In this document: piece after piece, positions 30,727-40,483 of the stretch | Layout: every line of letters begins with the position of its first letter | Position numbering within the stretch: the first letter of the stretch is position 1 | Assembly (NCBI GenBank): GCA_965218425.1 | Contig: OZ244621.1 | Location: 4,395,498 to 4,459,497, forward strand | Length of the DNA: 64,000 bases | DNA from: an uncultured Candidatus Binatia bacterium | GTDB lineage: Bacteria; Desulfobacterota; Binatia; UBA9968; CAXXLF01 | Direction of reading: 5' to 3' | Made by a program: the position numbers and the translations under genes | Notes under the pieces: model-generated | Told to the model about the DNA's origin: nothing | Databases searched by the model: none | Seen by the model: the letters and a program-made list of their open reading frames with translations, nothing else

Positions 30727-31395
30727 ATGGCAAACCAACAATTTATTGACTCGCTCTTAAAGGATATCATCCAACCAGGCTTGAAGCGTCTCATGGAGAC
30801 CCGTTTCTTCACGGAATTAAGGGAGGGAAAGCTCTCCAACAAGAGACTCCAGGGGTTCGCATTGCAACACTACCTCCACAACATCTCCATCAACAAGGGT
30901 TTTGCCCTGTGCATGGTAAAGAACGCTCACATCCCGGAGCTATACGCTCATTTCGAGCACCAGTTTAACGAGGAAGGCCCTCACCCCGATCTGGCAAAAA
31001 AATTTGGCATTGCCGTTGGACTCAAAGAAGAGGACTTCAAGGCTATTACCCCGGTCTTTGAGTGTTTGGCTCACACCAGCGCCGTTCTTCGGGGCATGCT
31101 GTTGGGGTCCCCCGGGGAGAACCGTGCGGGGGCCCTGGTAAATGAAACCATGGTTTGCCGTTACTCGGAAGAATTTGATACCTACCTGCACAAGAACTAC
31201 CAGCTCTCGGACGATGCCTGTGAGTTTTTCTCGGTCCATGCAGTGGCGGACAAGGAACACACTCAGTTGGCGGCGGAGGTGATCATGCGTTTCGCCCAAA
31301 CTCCACAGGAGCAGGAGGCTGCACGGGTGAACGCCCTTAACATGGCTCGGTTCAAGGTTGCAAAATTCGACGGTATCTACGAAAGCTACAATTAA
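30727..31395 (+). CDS. Heme-oxygenase-like diiron enzyme (TenA/PqqC/CADD superfamily)
   Basis: FFTELREGKL; predicted ligand pattern EEGPH...NE...HAVADKEH. Confidence 0.8.
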   Translation: MANQQFIDSLLKDIIQPGLKRLMETRFFTELREGKLSNKRLQGFALQHYLHNISINKGFALCMVKNAHIPELYAHFEHQFNEEGPHPDLAKKFGIAVGLKEEDFKAITPVFECLAHTSAVLRGMLLGSPGENRAGALVNETMVCRYSEEFDTYLHKNYQLSDDACEFFSVHAVADKEHTQLAAEVIMRFAQTPQEQEAARVNALNMARFKVAKFDGIYESYN

Positions 31396-31458
31396 TTTAA
31401 TTCGTTCCCGATCCTCTGCCGATCAAATCCTGCTTTATTTTCTTTGGAACCACAGAAC

Positions 31459-32529
31459 ATGCGCCACCGTGACGTTGGAGTCGTTAGTATTGATTCTACG
31501 CAGACGATGCCCGGCTACACCCTCATCGTGCCGCTGTCGGGCAAGTCCGCATATCTCATCGGCTTGCGAGGAGAGATCCTCCATCAGTGGAGCTTTCCCT
31601 TCACCCCGGGAAACTATGCCTACCTCCTACCCAATGGCAACCTCCTCTGGTCGGGCCGGACCCCAGAAGGCCCTCCCATCCCACAGGGAAAGGGCGGCAT
31701 CCTGCGCGAGTACAACTGGGCGGGCGAAGTCCTTTGGGAGTATCGGGATCCTGGGCAGCACCATGACTTTCGCCGGCTCACCAGCGGGAACACCATTTAT
31801 ATCGGGAGAGAGCCCGTTCCACAGGACACGGTTTCAAGGATCAGGGGAGGCCTCATTGGAACGGAACACGACGGCCAGGTTTTTGGCGACTACCTGCGGG
31901 AAGTAAACGCCAAGGGAGAGACTGTCTGGGATTGGCACGCTCACCGGGATATGGAGTTGGATCGCTACATGATTTGTCCTTTGTGCGCAAGGGACGAGTT
32001 CGCCCACGCTAACACATGCGCCCCGCTTCCCGATGGCAACATCATGATCAGCTTCCGCCGCCTCAACATGATCGCCGTCATCGATCGAGAGACGCGCCGA
32101 TTTTGTTGGGAGCGCCGGGACGACACCTGGGGGCATCAGCATGACTGCCACCTTCTGGCGAACGGGAACATCCTTTTATTCGCCAACGGATTCCATGGCA
32201 CGGGCACGTCATTTTCCAGGGTCCTCGAACTAAACAAGGACACAGGGGAAACCGTCTGGGAGTACCAGGGTTGGCCACCATACACTTTCTACAGTCCAAA
32301 CATCAGCGGAGCCCAGCGACTACCCAACGGAAATACCCTCATTTGCGAGGGACGGACTGGCCGGGTCTTCGAAGTGACCCACGGCAAGGAAATCGTTTGG
32401 GAATATGTCTGCCCTTATTTCGCAGCCTACGGTCCGGAGGGTCCATCCAACGCCTTGTTTCGCTGTTATCGTTACGCGGGTGACTCACTCGAGATTGCTG
32501 GAAGGGTCTCGACTTCGCTGATCCGGTAA
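31459..32529 (+). CDS. Arylsulfotransferase (ASST)-family beta-propeller protein, no signal peptide
   Basis: QHHDF, HANTC, QHDCH, SGAQRLPNGNTLICEG. Confidence 0.9.
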   Translation: MRHRDVGVVSIDSTQTMPGYTLIVPLSGKSAYLIGLRGEILHQWSFPFTPGNYAYLLPNGNLLWSGRTPEGPPIPQGKGGILREYNWAGEVLWEYRDPGQHHDFRRLTSGNTIYIGREPVPQDTVSRIRGGLIGTEHDGQVFGDYLREVNAKGETVWDWHAHRDMELDRYMICPLCARDEFAHANTCAPLPDGNIMISFRRLNMIAVIDRETRRFCWERRDDTWGHQHDCHLLANGNILLFANGFHGTGTSFSRVLELNKDTGETVWEYQGWPPYTFYSPNISGAQRLPNGNTLICEGRTGRVFEVTHGKEIVWEYVCPYFAAYGPEGPSNALFRCYRYAGDSLEIAGRVSTSLIR

Positions 32530-32568
32530 GATCATCACACCCGTTTTTGAGCAGGAGGAACAGCCACC

Positions 32569-33360
32569 ATGGAGATCCATTTCATCGGCACCGGGTCGCC
32601 TTATCCGGACCCAAAGCGGGGGAGTTCGGCCATCCTTGTGGATATAGGATCGGCGAGGATTCTGCTGGACTGCGGCCGTGGCTGTTTGCAGCGCATGGCA
32701 GAGATGGGAATAGCTCCACACACCATCACCCACTGTATTTTAACCCATGGCCATTACGATCATGTGGCCGACTATGCCCTGCTTGTCCTGACCTCTTGGC
32801 GTTTCGGAAGACACCATACGTTACAGGTCTATGGACCGCCGGGCACCCGGGCCATGTCCGATGCCCTGTTCAATGAAGCCTATAAGATAGACATTGCAGC
32901 CCGTAAGAGCCTTCACAGCGCCGAAGCCGCGGCGGACATTAACATCCAGGTGCAGGAGATCAGTCATGGCCATCAGATCGAGGCCGATGGGTGGCGCGTT
33001 CGAGCCACGGAGGTCAAACACTGGCCTATTCCAGTCTCCCTGGGTCTCCTAGTTGAGGGGGACGGACGACGTATCTTCTTTACGGGGGATACGGCCCCAT
33101 GTGATGCCGTGCGGCAGGACGCCGCAGGTGTGGACCTACTCATCCACGAGGCCATGTACTTTCCAAAAGATTCCGGCCACTATCAAAGCCACACCCATCC
33201 AACCCATGCGGGAGAGGTGGCCCGTCAGGCGGGGGTTAAACAGTTGATCTTAACGCACCTCCAACCGAAGCGCACCGAAGAGCAGCTCTTGAATGACGCG
33301 ACTACCCAATTCTCACGGAAAATTACAATGGCAACGGATCAGATGCGGATTGTGGTGTAG
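32569..33360 (+). CDS. MBL-fold hydrolase (RNase Z / AtsA arylsulfatase-like)
   Basis: FIGTGSP, LDCG, THGHYDH, TGDT, LIHEA, LTHL. Confidence 0.9.
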   Translation: MEIHFIGTGSPYPDPKRGSSAILVDIGSARILLDCGRGCLQRMAEMGIAPHTITHCILTHGHYDHVADYALLVLTSWRFGRHHTLQVYGPPGTRAMSDALFNEAYKIDIAARKSLHSAEAAADINIQVQEISHGHQIEADGWRVRATEVKHWPIPVSLGLLVEGDGRRIFFTGDTAPCDAVRQDAAGVDLLIHEAMYFPKDSGHYQSHTHPTHAGEVARQAGVKQLILTHLQPKRTEEQLLNDATTQFSRKITMATDQMRIVV

Positions 33361-33392
33361 CGTCGCGCTGAAGCGAGTCGGATAGAGGATGA

Positions 33393-33615
33393 CTCGCGCA
33401 AGGGCCGCCAAGTACGAATAAAATCAAAAATTCGAAATCCGAAACAAATTCGAATAACCAAAATGCAAAACGAAAGCACCGGCTGGCTTTTCTTAAGGGC
33501 TCGAATTATCGTCTTTGCGAGACATTCCAGATCACCGTTTATAAAATGTTTTGAGCATTAATAATTTGAGATGTTGGAATTGTTTAGGGTTTAGTTCTTT
33601 GGACTTAGATTGTAA
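33393..33615. repeat. Degenerate AT-rich inverted-repeat element between convergent genes
   Basis: A-rich arm aaattcgaaatccgaaacaaattcgaat (about 33421-33471) and T-rich arm ...ttggaattgtttagggtttag (about 33548-33611). Confidence 0.5.
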
Positions 33616-33688
33616 CTTGGGGGTGTCTCAGCCCAAAAAACCTTGTTGGAGTCGTTCTGTCAAAGATTCCACCAGGAAGCATCTAGGT

Positions 33689-34804
33689 TTATTGCCCGTG
33701 AACCTTGAAGACCTTGGCAAACTGCTTCCACGGCGCAGGTGGAACTTGGACCAGTTGCAGATTTTCTTCCACATGGGCAATCTGTTTCATGCCCACCAGG
33801 GCAACGGTAACTCCCGGGGCGGAGCGCACGAATTGAAGGGCCCTTTGTGCGTCGTTCGATAAACCGTCAAAGACGTCACTAATTCTTTCGGGTAAGTTGC
33901 GTGTGAGCTGTCCCTGCAAAACAGAGGCGCTGCACATGACGGACACATCCAATTGCTCGGCCGCCTCCAGGGTCGTAAGGGTCTCCCCGTCTACTTTCTG
34001 ATTCTTCTTGATCAGGGCCTCGGGCATTCCCAGATTAAAGGGAAGCTGGATCACTTTAAAGTGGTGGTTATCTCCTCCCGCCCTCCTGGCGATCCGTTTC
34101 ACTTCGGCCAGGGAGAGATAGTCCTTACTTCCCATGTCCACCCGATAGCCGTTCCAGGTGGCTGTCCCGTACATTCGGATCTTTCCCGATGCCACGGCAC
34201 CCTCCAGGGCCTCGAAGGCCTTTTCGAGACGGGGGCTAAAATCATCGTGTAACATCTCACCCAGCTGCATTTCCGGGTTGTGGACATAATAGATATCGAT
34301 ACAGTCCAGACCCAGGTTTTTGAGACTACAATCGATCTGGTTCAAGAGGTAGCGGGGGGTCATACAGTGGCAGCCAGCAACGATCTCAGTGACATCCGCG
34401 ATGCCAGGCTTTATAAAGGTCTCGTCAAAATAGCTTCGCACGTCCTTGGGCGGCGCGTTGTCAAAGGGAATGAATCCTCCTTTGCTAGCAACCACAACTC
34501 CGCTTCGCCCGACTCCATTGGCTTCCAGCTCTTTCAACGCGGCACCAATGGAACGCTCGCTCCTTTGAAAACGGTAGTTGATGGCGCTATCGATGACGTT
34601 GGCTCCCATCTCTACCGCACGCATCACCGACTGGCGGTAAAGATCGTCGGTGTCATCGTCATGGCTCCCCAGGTAGGTGCCGATACCGATGGATGACATC
34701 CAAAGCTCTTGCTGGTATCGGAAGTGATTCTCTCCCGCTTTACCGGCAAAACGATTCCGATAGCTGGCGGTCCCTTCCTGTGTGGCCCAAGCCTGCTGAT
34801 TCAT
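33689..34804 (-). CDS. Aldo/keto reductase
   Basis: SSIGIGTYLG, IDSAINY, VASKGG, DIYYVHNPE, QLPFN. Confidence 0.92.
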   Translation of the reverse strand: MNQQAWATQEGTASYRNRFAGKAGENHFRYQQELWMSSIGIGTYLGSHDDDTDDLYRQSVMRAVEMGANVIDSAINYRFQRSERSIGAALKELEANGVGRSGVVVASKGGFIPFDNAPPKDVRSYFDETFIKPGIADVTEIVAGCHCMTPRYLLNQIDCSLKNLGLDCIDIYYVHNPEMQLGEMLHDDFSPRLEKAFEALEGAVASGKIRMYGTATWNGYRVDMGSKDYLSLAEVKRIARRAGGDNHHFKVIQLPFNLGMPEALIKKNQKVDGETLTTLEAAEQLDVSVMCSASVLQGQLTRNLPERISDVFDGLSNDAQRALQFVRSAPGVTVALVGMKQIAHVEENLQLVQVPPAPWKQFAKVFKVHGQ

Positions 34805-34824
34805 AAGCTAGTCCTCAGGATGGA

Positions 34825-35592
34825 TTAGAAGGAGTCCTTGAGCTGGCGAACCTGAGCAAACACGGAGACAGGGTCCAGAGACAATTTCGGGAAGCGGTTT
34901 TTCAGGTTCTGTTGAATCTCTTGGCTGTCCCAGCGGAGAAAGGGGTTGGTTGCCATCTCCTCCTCCATGGTGGAGGGAACGGTGGATTGACCCTTCTCCC
35001 GGAGGGAGCGGGCCCTGGCTAACTTTTCAGTTACCTTCGGGTTGTTGCCTTCAACGCTCACGGTGAATTGCAGGTTGTTCACGGTATACTCATGACCGCA
35101 GTGCACAAAAGTATCCGGCGGAAGCTTCTTCAGCTTGGCCAGGGAACTCTGCATCTGCTGGGCGGTTCCCTCAAAGAGACGCCCGCAACCGGCAACGAAA
35201 AGGGTATCGCCGCTAAAAACATTTCCTGGAAACACATAGGCCACATGACCTTTCGTATGACCGGGAATAAATAAGACTTCCGCCTCCAGCTCTCCTACCT
35301 TTAACCGATCCCCTTCCTCCATTGGATGGGTAAGCCCGGGAATGCGGTTCTTATCCTCACGGCCACCGTAAACCTCTAGGGTAAAACGTTCCAGAAGTCC
35401 CGTATTACCGCCCGTGTGATCCCGATGGTGATGGGTATTGAGAATCGCCGCAAGGTTAACTCCTTCCTGCTGGACCTTCTCTATTACCGGATCACTTTCC
35501 GATGGATCCACGATGGCGGCCTTGTTGGTCTTCTCGCATACCACGAGGTACGCATAGTTGTCCCTAAGACAGGAAACCTGTATGATTTTCAT
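34825..35592 (-). CDS. gloB: Hydroxyacylglutathione hydrolase (glyoxalase II)
   Basis: DNYAY, THHHRDHTGG, PGHTKGH, GDTLFVAGCGR, CGHEYT, TNPFLR. Confidence 0.95.
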   Translation of the reverse strand: MKIIQVSCLRDNYAYLVVCEKTNKAAIVDPSESDPVIEKVQQEGVNLAAILNTHHHRDHTGGNTGLLERFTLEVYGGREDKNRIPGLTHPMEEGDRLKVGELEAEVLFIPGHTKGHVAYVFPGNVFSGDTLFVAGCGRLFEGTAQQMQSSLAKLKKLPPDTFVHCGHEYTVNNLQFTVSVEGNNPKVTEKLARARSLREKGQSTVPSTMEEEMATNPFLRWDSQEIQQNLKNRFPKLSLDPVSVFAQVRQLKDSF

Positions 35593-35749
35593 GGTCTGAT
35601 TTATAACAGATAAAGAAAAAAAGACCAGCTAGTCTTGCCATTTTAGATTTTAGATTGGTGATTGAGGGTTACCCGCCGAGGTCGGCGCCGCATGAAAGCC
35701 GCAGTCCGCCCACGGCTAATCTGAGATCCGGAAGGTTCGTGCGAGCGCA

Positions 35750-35995
35750 GGCCCGGTGGGTCGGTGCGAGAGTCCCGTGAAGCGAGGGGAGTGCCGAAGC
35801 CCTCATGGTACAGCTCTATTGCCCACGGCCTGAAAACCCGCTCCCCAAGGAGAACAGAGAACCCGGACCCGGGATTTTCGCCACTCACTTAGCCCCGAGG
35901 GGAATGAGGACGAAGGGCATGGGCATCGAACGTTCCGCTTCAGATATTCACAGGCCTGTTGCCCGCGGCCTGAAGACTCGTTCCCCGAGGACAAC
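35750..35995. repeat. Intergenic repeat region: inverted copy of 9655-9709 plus a 37-bp direct repeat pair
   Basis: 35750-35803 matches the reverse complement of 9655-9709; 35819-35855 vs 35959-35995 are 31/37 identical. Confidence 0.65.
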
Positions 35996-36085
35996 CACCA
36001 CTCGAGTTATGGCCTATTTTCAATTGGCATCTCACCCGCGACTTCTCGCTGTTAACGATGGTGGTTAACCGTTAATGAAATACCA

Positions 36086-36115
36086 TTGACGAATCACTCC
36101 CCTTTCGCTTAGAGT
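36086..36115 (+). promoter_or_regulatory. Sigma70 promoter giving a probably leaderless FIST mRNA
   Basis: TTGACG-18-TAGAGT, 6 nt before ATG 36122; no Shine-Dalgarno. Confidence 0.5.
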
Positions 36116-36121
36116 TACGTC

Positions 36122-37309
36122 ATGCTCAAAGCCGGTGCGGGTCAATCCACGACGCGAACAACCAGTCGGGCCATTGAAGAGGCCGCCGGCCAGGCCATGA
36201 GCCGGGCCGGCATCGACCAGGCAGATCTAGCTCTGGTATTCTTCACGGTTGATCATATCGCGAACCAGCAAGACTTAACCTCCACGCTCCGCCTTGTAAC
36301 CAAGACGGACCAGGTGGTGGGATGCAGCGCGGCCGGCGTTCTCACCGGTGAGGGTGAAATCGAGGGAGAAGCCGGGGTCGCTGTCCTGGTTCTGGCATCA
36401 GATAGCATGAATGCCTATCCCTTTCTCATTCAACCCCTGCGGGAGCGCGAGCCGGAGGTTGGAGGGGAGATCATACAAACCCTGCGCGACGAGTCGGAGC
36501 AAAATTCCCATCTCGTATTGTTGCCGGACCCCTACAATGGCCGCGCGGACCAGGTGCTTCACGAAGTGGGAGAAAACTACGGTTTCGTACCCGTTGTGGG
36601 AGCAGGTTCCTCCGAGGATGGAAGCCAGGGCAAAACCTTTCAGCTCTGCGGTGAACGGATCACCACCAATGCATTGTCTGGACTGCTGTTGACGGGTTCC
36701 TTTGACAGCTCCATCGGAGTGAGCCAGGGTTGTCAACCCGTCAGTAAACCCATGGTGATCACAAAGGCTCAAGGCAATATCATATTCGAAATTGACCACC
36801 GGCCCGCCTTCGAGGTCTTTACTCAAACCATCAAAGGACCCCTGCTGGAAGACCTCCGTCGAGCTTTGAACTTCGTATTCATTGGTTTGCCCGTGGACAC
36901 CCAGAAAAACTCAGTGGCGCCCGGTTCCTATCTCGTTCGCAATATCATCGGTCTGGATTCAGAAAAAAGAATTCTCGCTGTGGGAGAAAACGTATTCGAA
37001 GGCGAAAACATGATTTTCACCCTGCGGGAACCCCAGAGGGCAAGAGAAGACCTGGAGCAGATGCTGCAGCGACAAGTGGAAAGCCTCGCCGGGACAAAAC
37101 CTCAGCTGGGTCTTTATTTTAACTGCTGCGCACGGGGAACGTCCCTATACGGCTATTCCGGCATCGATACCGCTTATATCCAGAAATCCTTGGGAGAGTT
37201 TCCGTTGATCGGATTTTTCGGCAGCTTTGAGCTAGGACCGGTGGGGATGAAGAACCACTTGCTGACCTACACCGGGGTATTGGTGTTAATTACTGAAAGA
37301 ACAAACTGA
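36122..37309 (+). CDS. FIST signal-transduction domain protein
   Basis: VVGCSAAGV, VSQGCQP, YLVRNIIG, YFNCCARG, GFFGSFELGP. Confidence 0.92.
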   Translation: MLKAGAGQSTTRTTSRAIEEAAGQAMSRAGIDQADLALVFFTVDHIANQQDLTSTLRLVTKTDQVVGCSAAGVLTGEGEIEGEAGVAVLVLASDSMNAYPFLIQPLREREPEVGGEIIQTLRDESEQNSHLVLLPDPYNGRADQVLHEVGENYGFVPVVGAGSSEDGSQGKTFQLCGERITTNALSGLLLTGSFDSSIGVSQGCQPVSKPMVITKAQGNIIFEIDHRPAFEVFTQTIKGPLLEDLRRALNFVFIGLPVDTQKNSVAPGSYLVRNIIGLDSEKRILAVGENVFEGENMIFTLREPQRAREDLEQMLQRQVESLAGTKPQLGLYFNCCARGTSLYGYSGIDTAYIQKSLGEFPLIGFFGSFELGPVGMKNHLLTYTGVLVLITERTN

Positions 37310-37432
37310 TAAAGAGATAGAGACAGGGACAGAGAAGTTATAACAGCAGGCTCACCTCAACAAATTTATAATGGTAATAGCAAATCAAAGAAGATTGGAG
37401 AGGGGTGAAGAGATCAGAGACTCTCTGTCTAT

Positions 37433-39259
37433 TCAGGTTCCTCCTATCCGTTTCCGCTTGTTCGCAATATAGTCCACCACGATGTAGTTACCGATCTGGT
37501 CAGCCGAGGTGTAAAAGACCCGACCGATGTTGAGCCTGGTCAGTTGATCCACAAAACCCCGGCGATAATAATCAGTCCCCAGCATGAAGGTGTTGATCTT
37601 GATCCCGCTCTGGGTGCAGCGCCGGACTTCCTTTAGGGTCTCCCTAACGATTCTTTCGTGGAGCAGAGCGGAACCCCAACCGCTGTGGATCCTACCTCCT
37701 TGATCCAGGCAGGCCGCCGTGGGCTCACCGTCCGTGATCAGGATAATTTGCCGGTTGGCCGCCTTCTGCGAACCCAGCAGCTGGCGGGCAAAGCGCAATG
37801 CCTCTTTAATATCCGTCCCATGCTCCATGAAATAAGTAATGGCCACGATAGACGGGAGGTCTTGAGTTTTGATCACCTTGGCATTGGAGCGGAAAGCAAC
37901 CAGGTGCAGGGTGTCCTGGGGGAATTTGGTCTCGATCAAACGCTGTAGTGCCAGGGCAACCTTCTTCCCTGCATGCAAGGCGTCGTTCATAAGCATGGAA
38001 TAGCTGACGTCGATGAGAAGCACCGTCTCGGTATCCGTGGCGAATTCTTGACGTTGAATGGCAAAGTCGCTAGGCCTTATAGCCACAGGAACTCCCCGCT
38101 TCCCACTTTGCATGGCGTTCCTTACGGTCTCACTGATGTTCACGTTGAGGGGATCACCGAATTCGTACCTTTTGGTCTCTTCCAGCATGGAGCCCTGATT
38201 TCCTTGCTTCACGGTGTTGTGCCCGCCCCAGCGGTTCTTGTTGAGCACCTGGAAGATTTCCCTCAAAGCCTTATCGCCTATTTTTCTCATTCCCTTTGGG
38301 GTGAGCTTTAGGCCCTCGCTGGATTGCATCAGGTAGCCCTCTTCGATCATCATCTGCTCTACGCCCTTGAGGTATTTGAAATGCTCGTAGGCCTCTTCCC
38401 CCAACAACTCACGAATCTCGGCCAGATCCACGTTGGACATGTCGCCCATGCCCCTTTGTCCCCAACGGAGAAACTGCTCGATCCCCTTCAATTGACCTAA
38501 AATCTGTCCAGCCTCACCCATGCCCATCTGCTGCGAGCCGCGAAATGGATACTGGTTCAACAGTTGTTCCAGATGCTCCATCTGGGCGAGGGATTCGCTG
38601 AGTTGGTTCAGTTGCTCCTGGCTCAGGGAGTCCAGGTTCTCCAAGAGATTATCCAGGTCCTCCGCTGCGGCATCCAGCATGTTGGGTAGATTTTCCAAGA
38701 ACTTGTCATCTTCCAACAGCTTGTTTAAGCGATCCAGCATCTCACCGAGTCCCGGGTAACCCTGCCCCATGGGATTTTGCTGCCCCTGCATACCGCGTTT
38801 ACCGATCTGATCTCGTAACCTATCCCTGAGTTCTTGATAGCGCTCTTGGGCCTGCTGCATCTTACGGGCCATCTCATGCATGTCCTGGGAGTAACGGCCG
38901 GAGAGGCGCTCCATAAAATTGCGCATCTTCTCGTGATAGGCCTCAAGTTTTTCTGCCAGGTTGTTGAGCTTGTCACTGAGGGCCTGTTGCTCCTCCGGAG
39001 AGAGTTTGAAGGAATCGGGAGAATACTTTTGTAGGATCTCTTTTTTCTTCTCCTCCGCGTCCCTCAAAAAGTCCCTGATTCCCTTGATGGAGCGCTCGCC
39101 GTCATCGGATGTAAAGCCGCGACGCATTAGGTCCCTCAGGGCCTTGCGAACCCCGCCTTCATCCAAGAAACGATCTGAAAGGTGTTTGAGGAGATCCTGG
39201 GGGGTAGGGAAAAGGACCTCTTGCGTCCCATCCCAATTGGTGTAGCGATGGACTCTCAT
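37433..39259 (-). CDS. VWA-domain protein (MoxR / chelatase-associated type)
   Basis: YTNWDGTQ, LTPKGMRKIG, MIDAS DVSYSM, ITDGEPTA. Confidence 0.9.
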   Translation of the reverse strand: MRVHRYTNWDGTQEVLFPTPQDLLKHLSDRFLDEGGVRKALRDLMRRGFTSDDGERSIKGIRDFLRDAEEKKKEILQKYSPDSFKLSPEEQQALSDKLNNLAEKLEAYHEKMRNFMERLSGRYSQDMHEMARKMQQAQERYQELRDRLRDQIGKRGMQGQQNPMGQGYPGLGEMLDRLNKLLEDDKFLENLPNMLDAAAEDLDNLLENLDSLSQEQLNQLSESLAQMEHLEQLLNQYPFRGSQQMGMGEAGQILGQLKGIEQFLRWGQRGMGDMSNVDLAEIRELLGEEAYEHFKYLKGVEQMMIEEGYLMQSSEGLKLTPKGMRKIGDKALREIFQVLNKNRWGGHNTVKQGNQGSMLEETKRYEFGDPLNVNISETVRNAMQSGKRGVPVAIRPSDFAIQRQEFATDTETVLLIDVSYSMLMNDALHAGKKVALALQRLIETKFPQDTLHLVAFRSNAKVIKTQDLPSIVAITYFMEHGTDIKEALRFARQLLGSQKAANRQIILITDGEPTAACLDQGGRIHSGWGSALLHERIVRETLKEVRRCTQSGIKINTFMLGTDYYRRGFVDQLTRLNIGRVFYTSADQIGNYIVVDYIANKRKRIGGT

Positions 39260-39529
39260 GGTAGCGATAAATATAGCCCAGATAACTCTTGCCGCGCAAC
39301 CCTATTATGAATTTTCATTGCCGTCGCAAGTGGTGGCCAGCTCCAGGGATTCTCGTTCCCGCCGGGCCACCGGTAGCGTCAAGACTTGTGGGTAAATTTC
39401 TTCGGGGTGTTTAGATTCCAGTTTTGGTTCAGGTGATGAAAAACAGCAAAACGATTCTTTGTAAGCTCTTAGTATTTGTTACAAAAGGAGAATAGATGGG
39501 TTGCGATAGTTGAATACTTTCAAGATTTC

Positions 39530-39838
39530 GACATTTGATGATCCGAATCTGAACCGAAAACTTGCCAGCACGACAACCATCGCCAGGGCCAAGCTTTCGG
39601 ATACTCTGTTCGGCTATATCAGGCGATCGCCGGCGTGGATTATCGGGTCAGTGAGCCGTTCACCATCGGGCTCAAGTTGCGCTGGACGGATTTCGGTGAA
39701 TTCGAGGATGGGAAAGAGTGGGATCAGCTTCGCAGTCACGAATCCACCAATAACCGAGGCGATCGGGTCCGATACAAAGTGACCACGGATGACATTCAAT
39801 TCTGGGGTGTCAGCCTCAACATGAAGTATCAGTTCTGA
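39530..39838 (+). pseudogene. C-terminal remnant of an outer-membrane beta-barrel protein
   Basis: ...LSDTLFGY, frame break, GVDYRVSEPFTIGLKLRW...GVSLNMKYQF with terminal Phe (BAM-type signal). No N-terminus. Confidence 0.6.
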
Positions 39839-40034
39839 TCGGTCACTATGGAAAGGGTATGCCCGGTATAAGGAGAAAGCCGAAGAAGAACCGATCGAGG
39901 TCACGTAAGTCCCCCCTACCCGTCTCCAGAGGAGTTAAAAGTGATTTAAAAGACTGCTTACCCTAAGCTGGAGCGAATGTTCAGTTCTGCCTGCAAACCG
40001 GGCCACCAGTGCCGTTGCTCAATCTACTCATTTT

Positions 40035-40204
40035 CACTAATCTTGGATAGTACGATATCCCCCTCCTGGACGGCATAATCTTTTCCCGGATACCTGTGCT
40101 CGAAGTTTACCGGCGTTCTTCCGCCCACCGGCGCCAAGATCCATAAGGATATTAAAAAGGGTAGATTTTCCTGATCCCCTGAAACCGACGATACCGACTC
40201 TCAT
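40035..40204 (-). pseudogene. ychF: Collapsed ychF-like relic (N- and C-termini joined)
   Basis: MRVGIVGFRGSGKSTLFNIL joined to ...KNAGKLR, then KDYAVQEGDIV in another frame. Confidence 0.65.
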
Positions 40205-40254
40205 CTCAATCTCAATGAGTTAACCCTATAAACTGAACAGTCCTGTCCCGTCCA

Positions 40255-40357
40255 TTAACCAAAGCGGCTGAACCAAGGCCTGGCTCAAGCCGCGGGTTGG
40301 ATACGCACTGTCGGCATGGGTCTTGTTGAACAAGCAACTCAACGCCGATTTGGCTAA
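40255..40357 (-). ncRNA. Candidate structured RNA (three-way junction), family unknown
   Basis: Three helices, each with a G-U pair only in the minus orientation. ATGCCA-17-TATAAT promoter upstream (-10 at 40381-40386). Confidence 0.4.
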
Positions 40358-40483
40358 AGGGGGTCTCGCACCATAATATTATTATACGACTTACGGATGA
40401 GAATGGCATGTCTTTACCTGGCAACAGGGAAACTTTTGAGATATAAAACGGTTAACTCGGCTCCCATAAAAAAAGGAGGCATC

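Noticed and set aside
35819..35995. Mini CRISPR array (37-bp repeats)
   Set aside because: Only two degenerate copies, separated by 103 bp, which is too long for a spacer.
40255..40357. tRNA-Sec (a TTCAA loop is present on the minus strand)
   Set aside because: No T-loop GTTCRA, no 7-nt anticodon loop and no acceptor stem with CCA.
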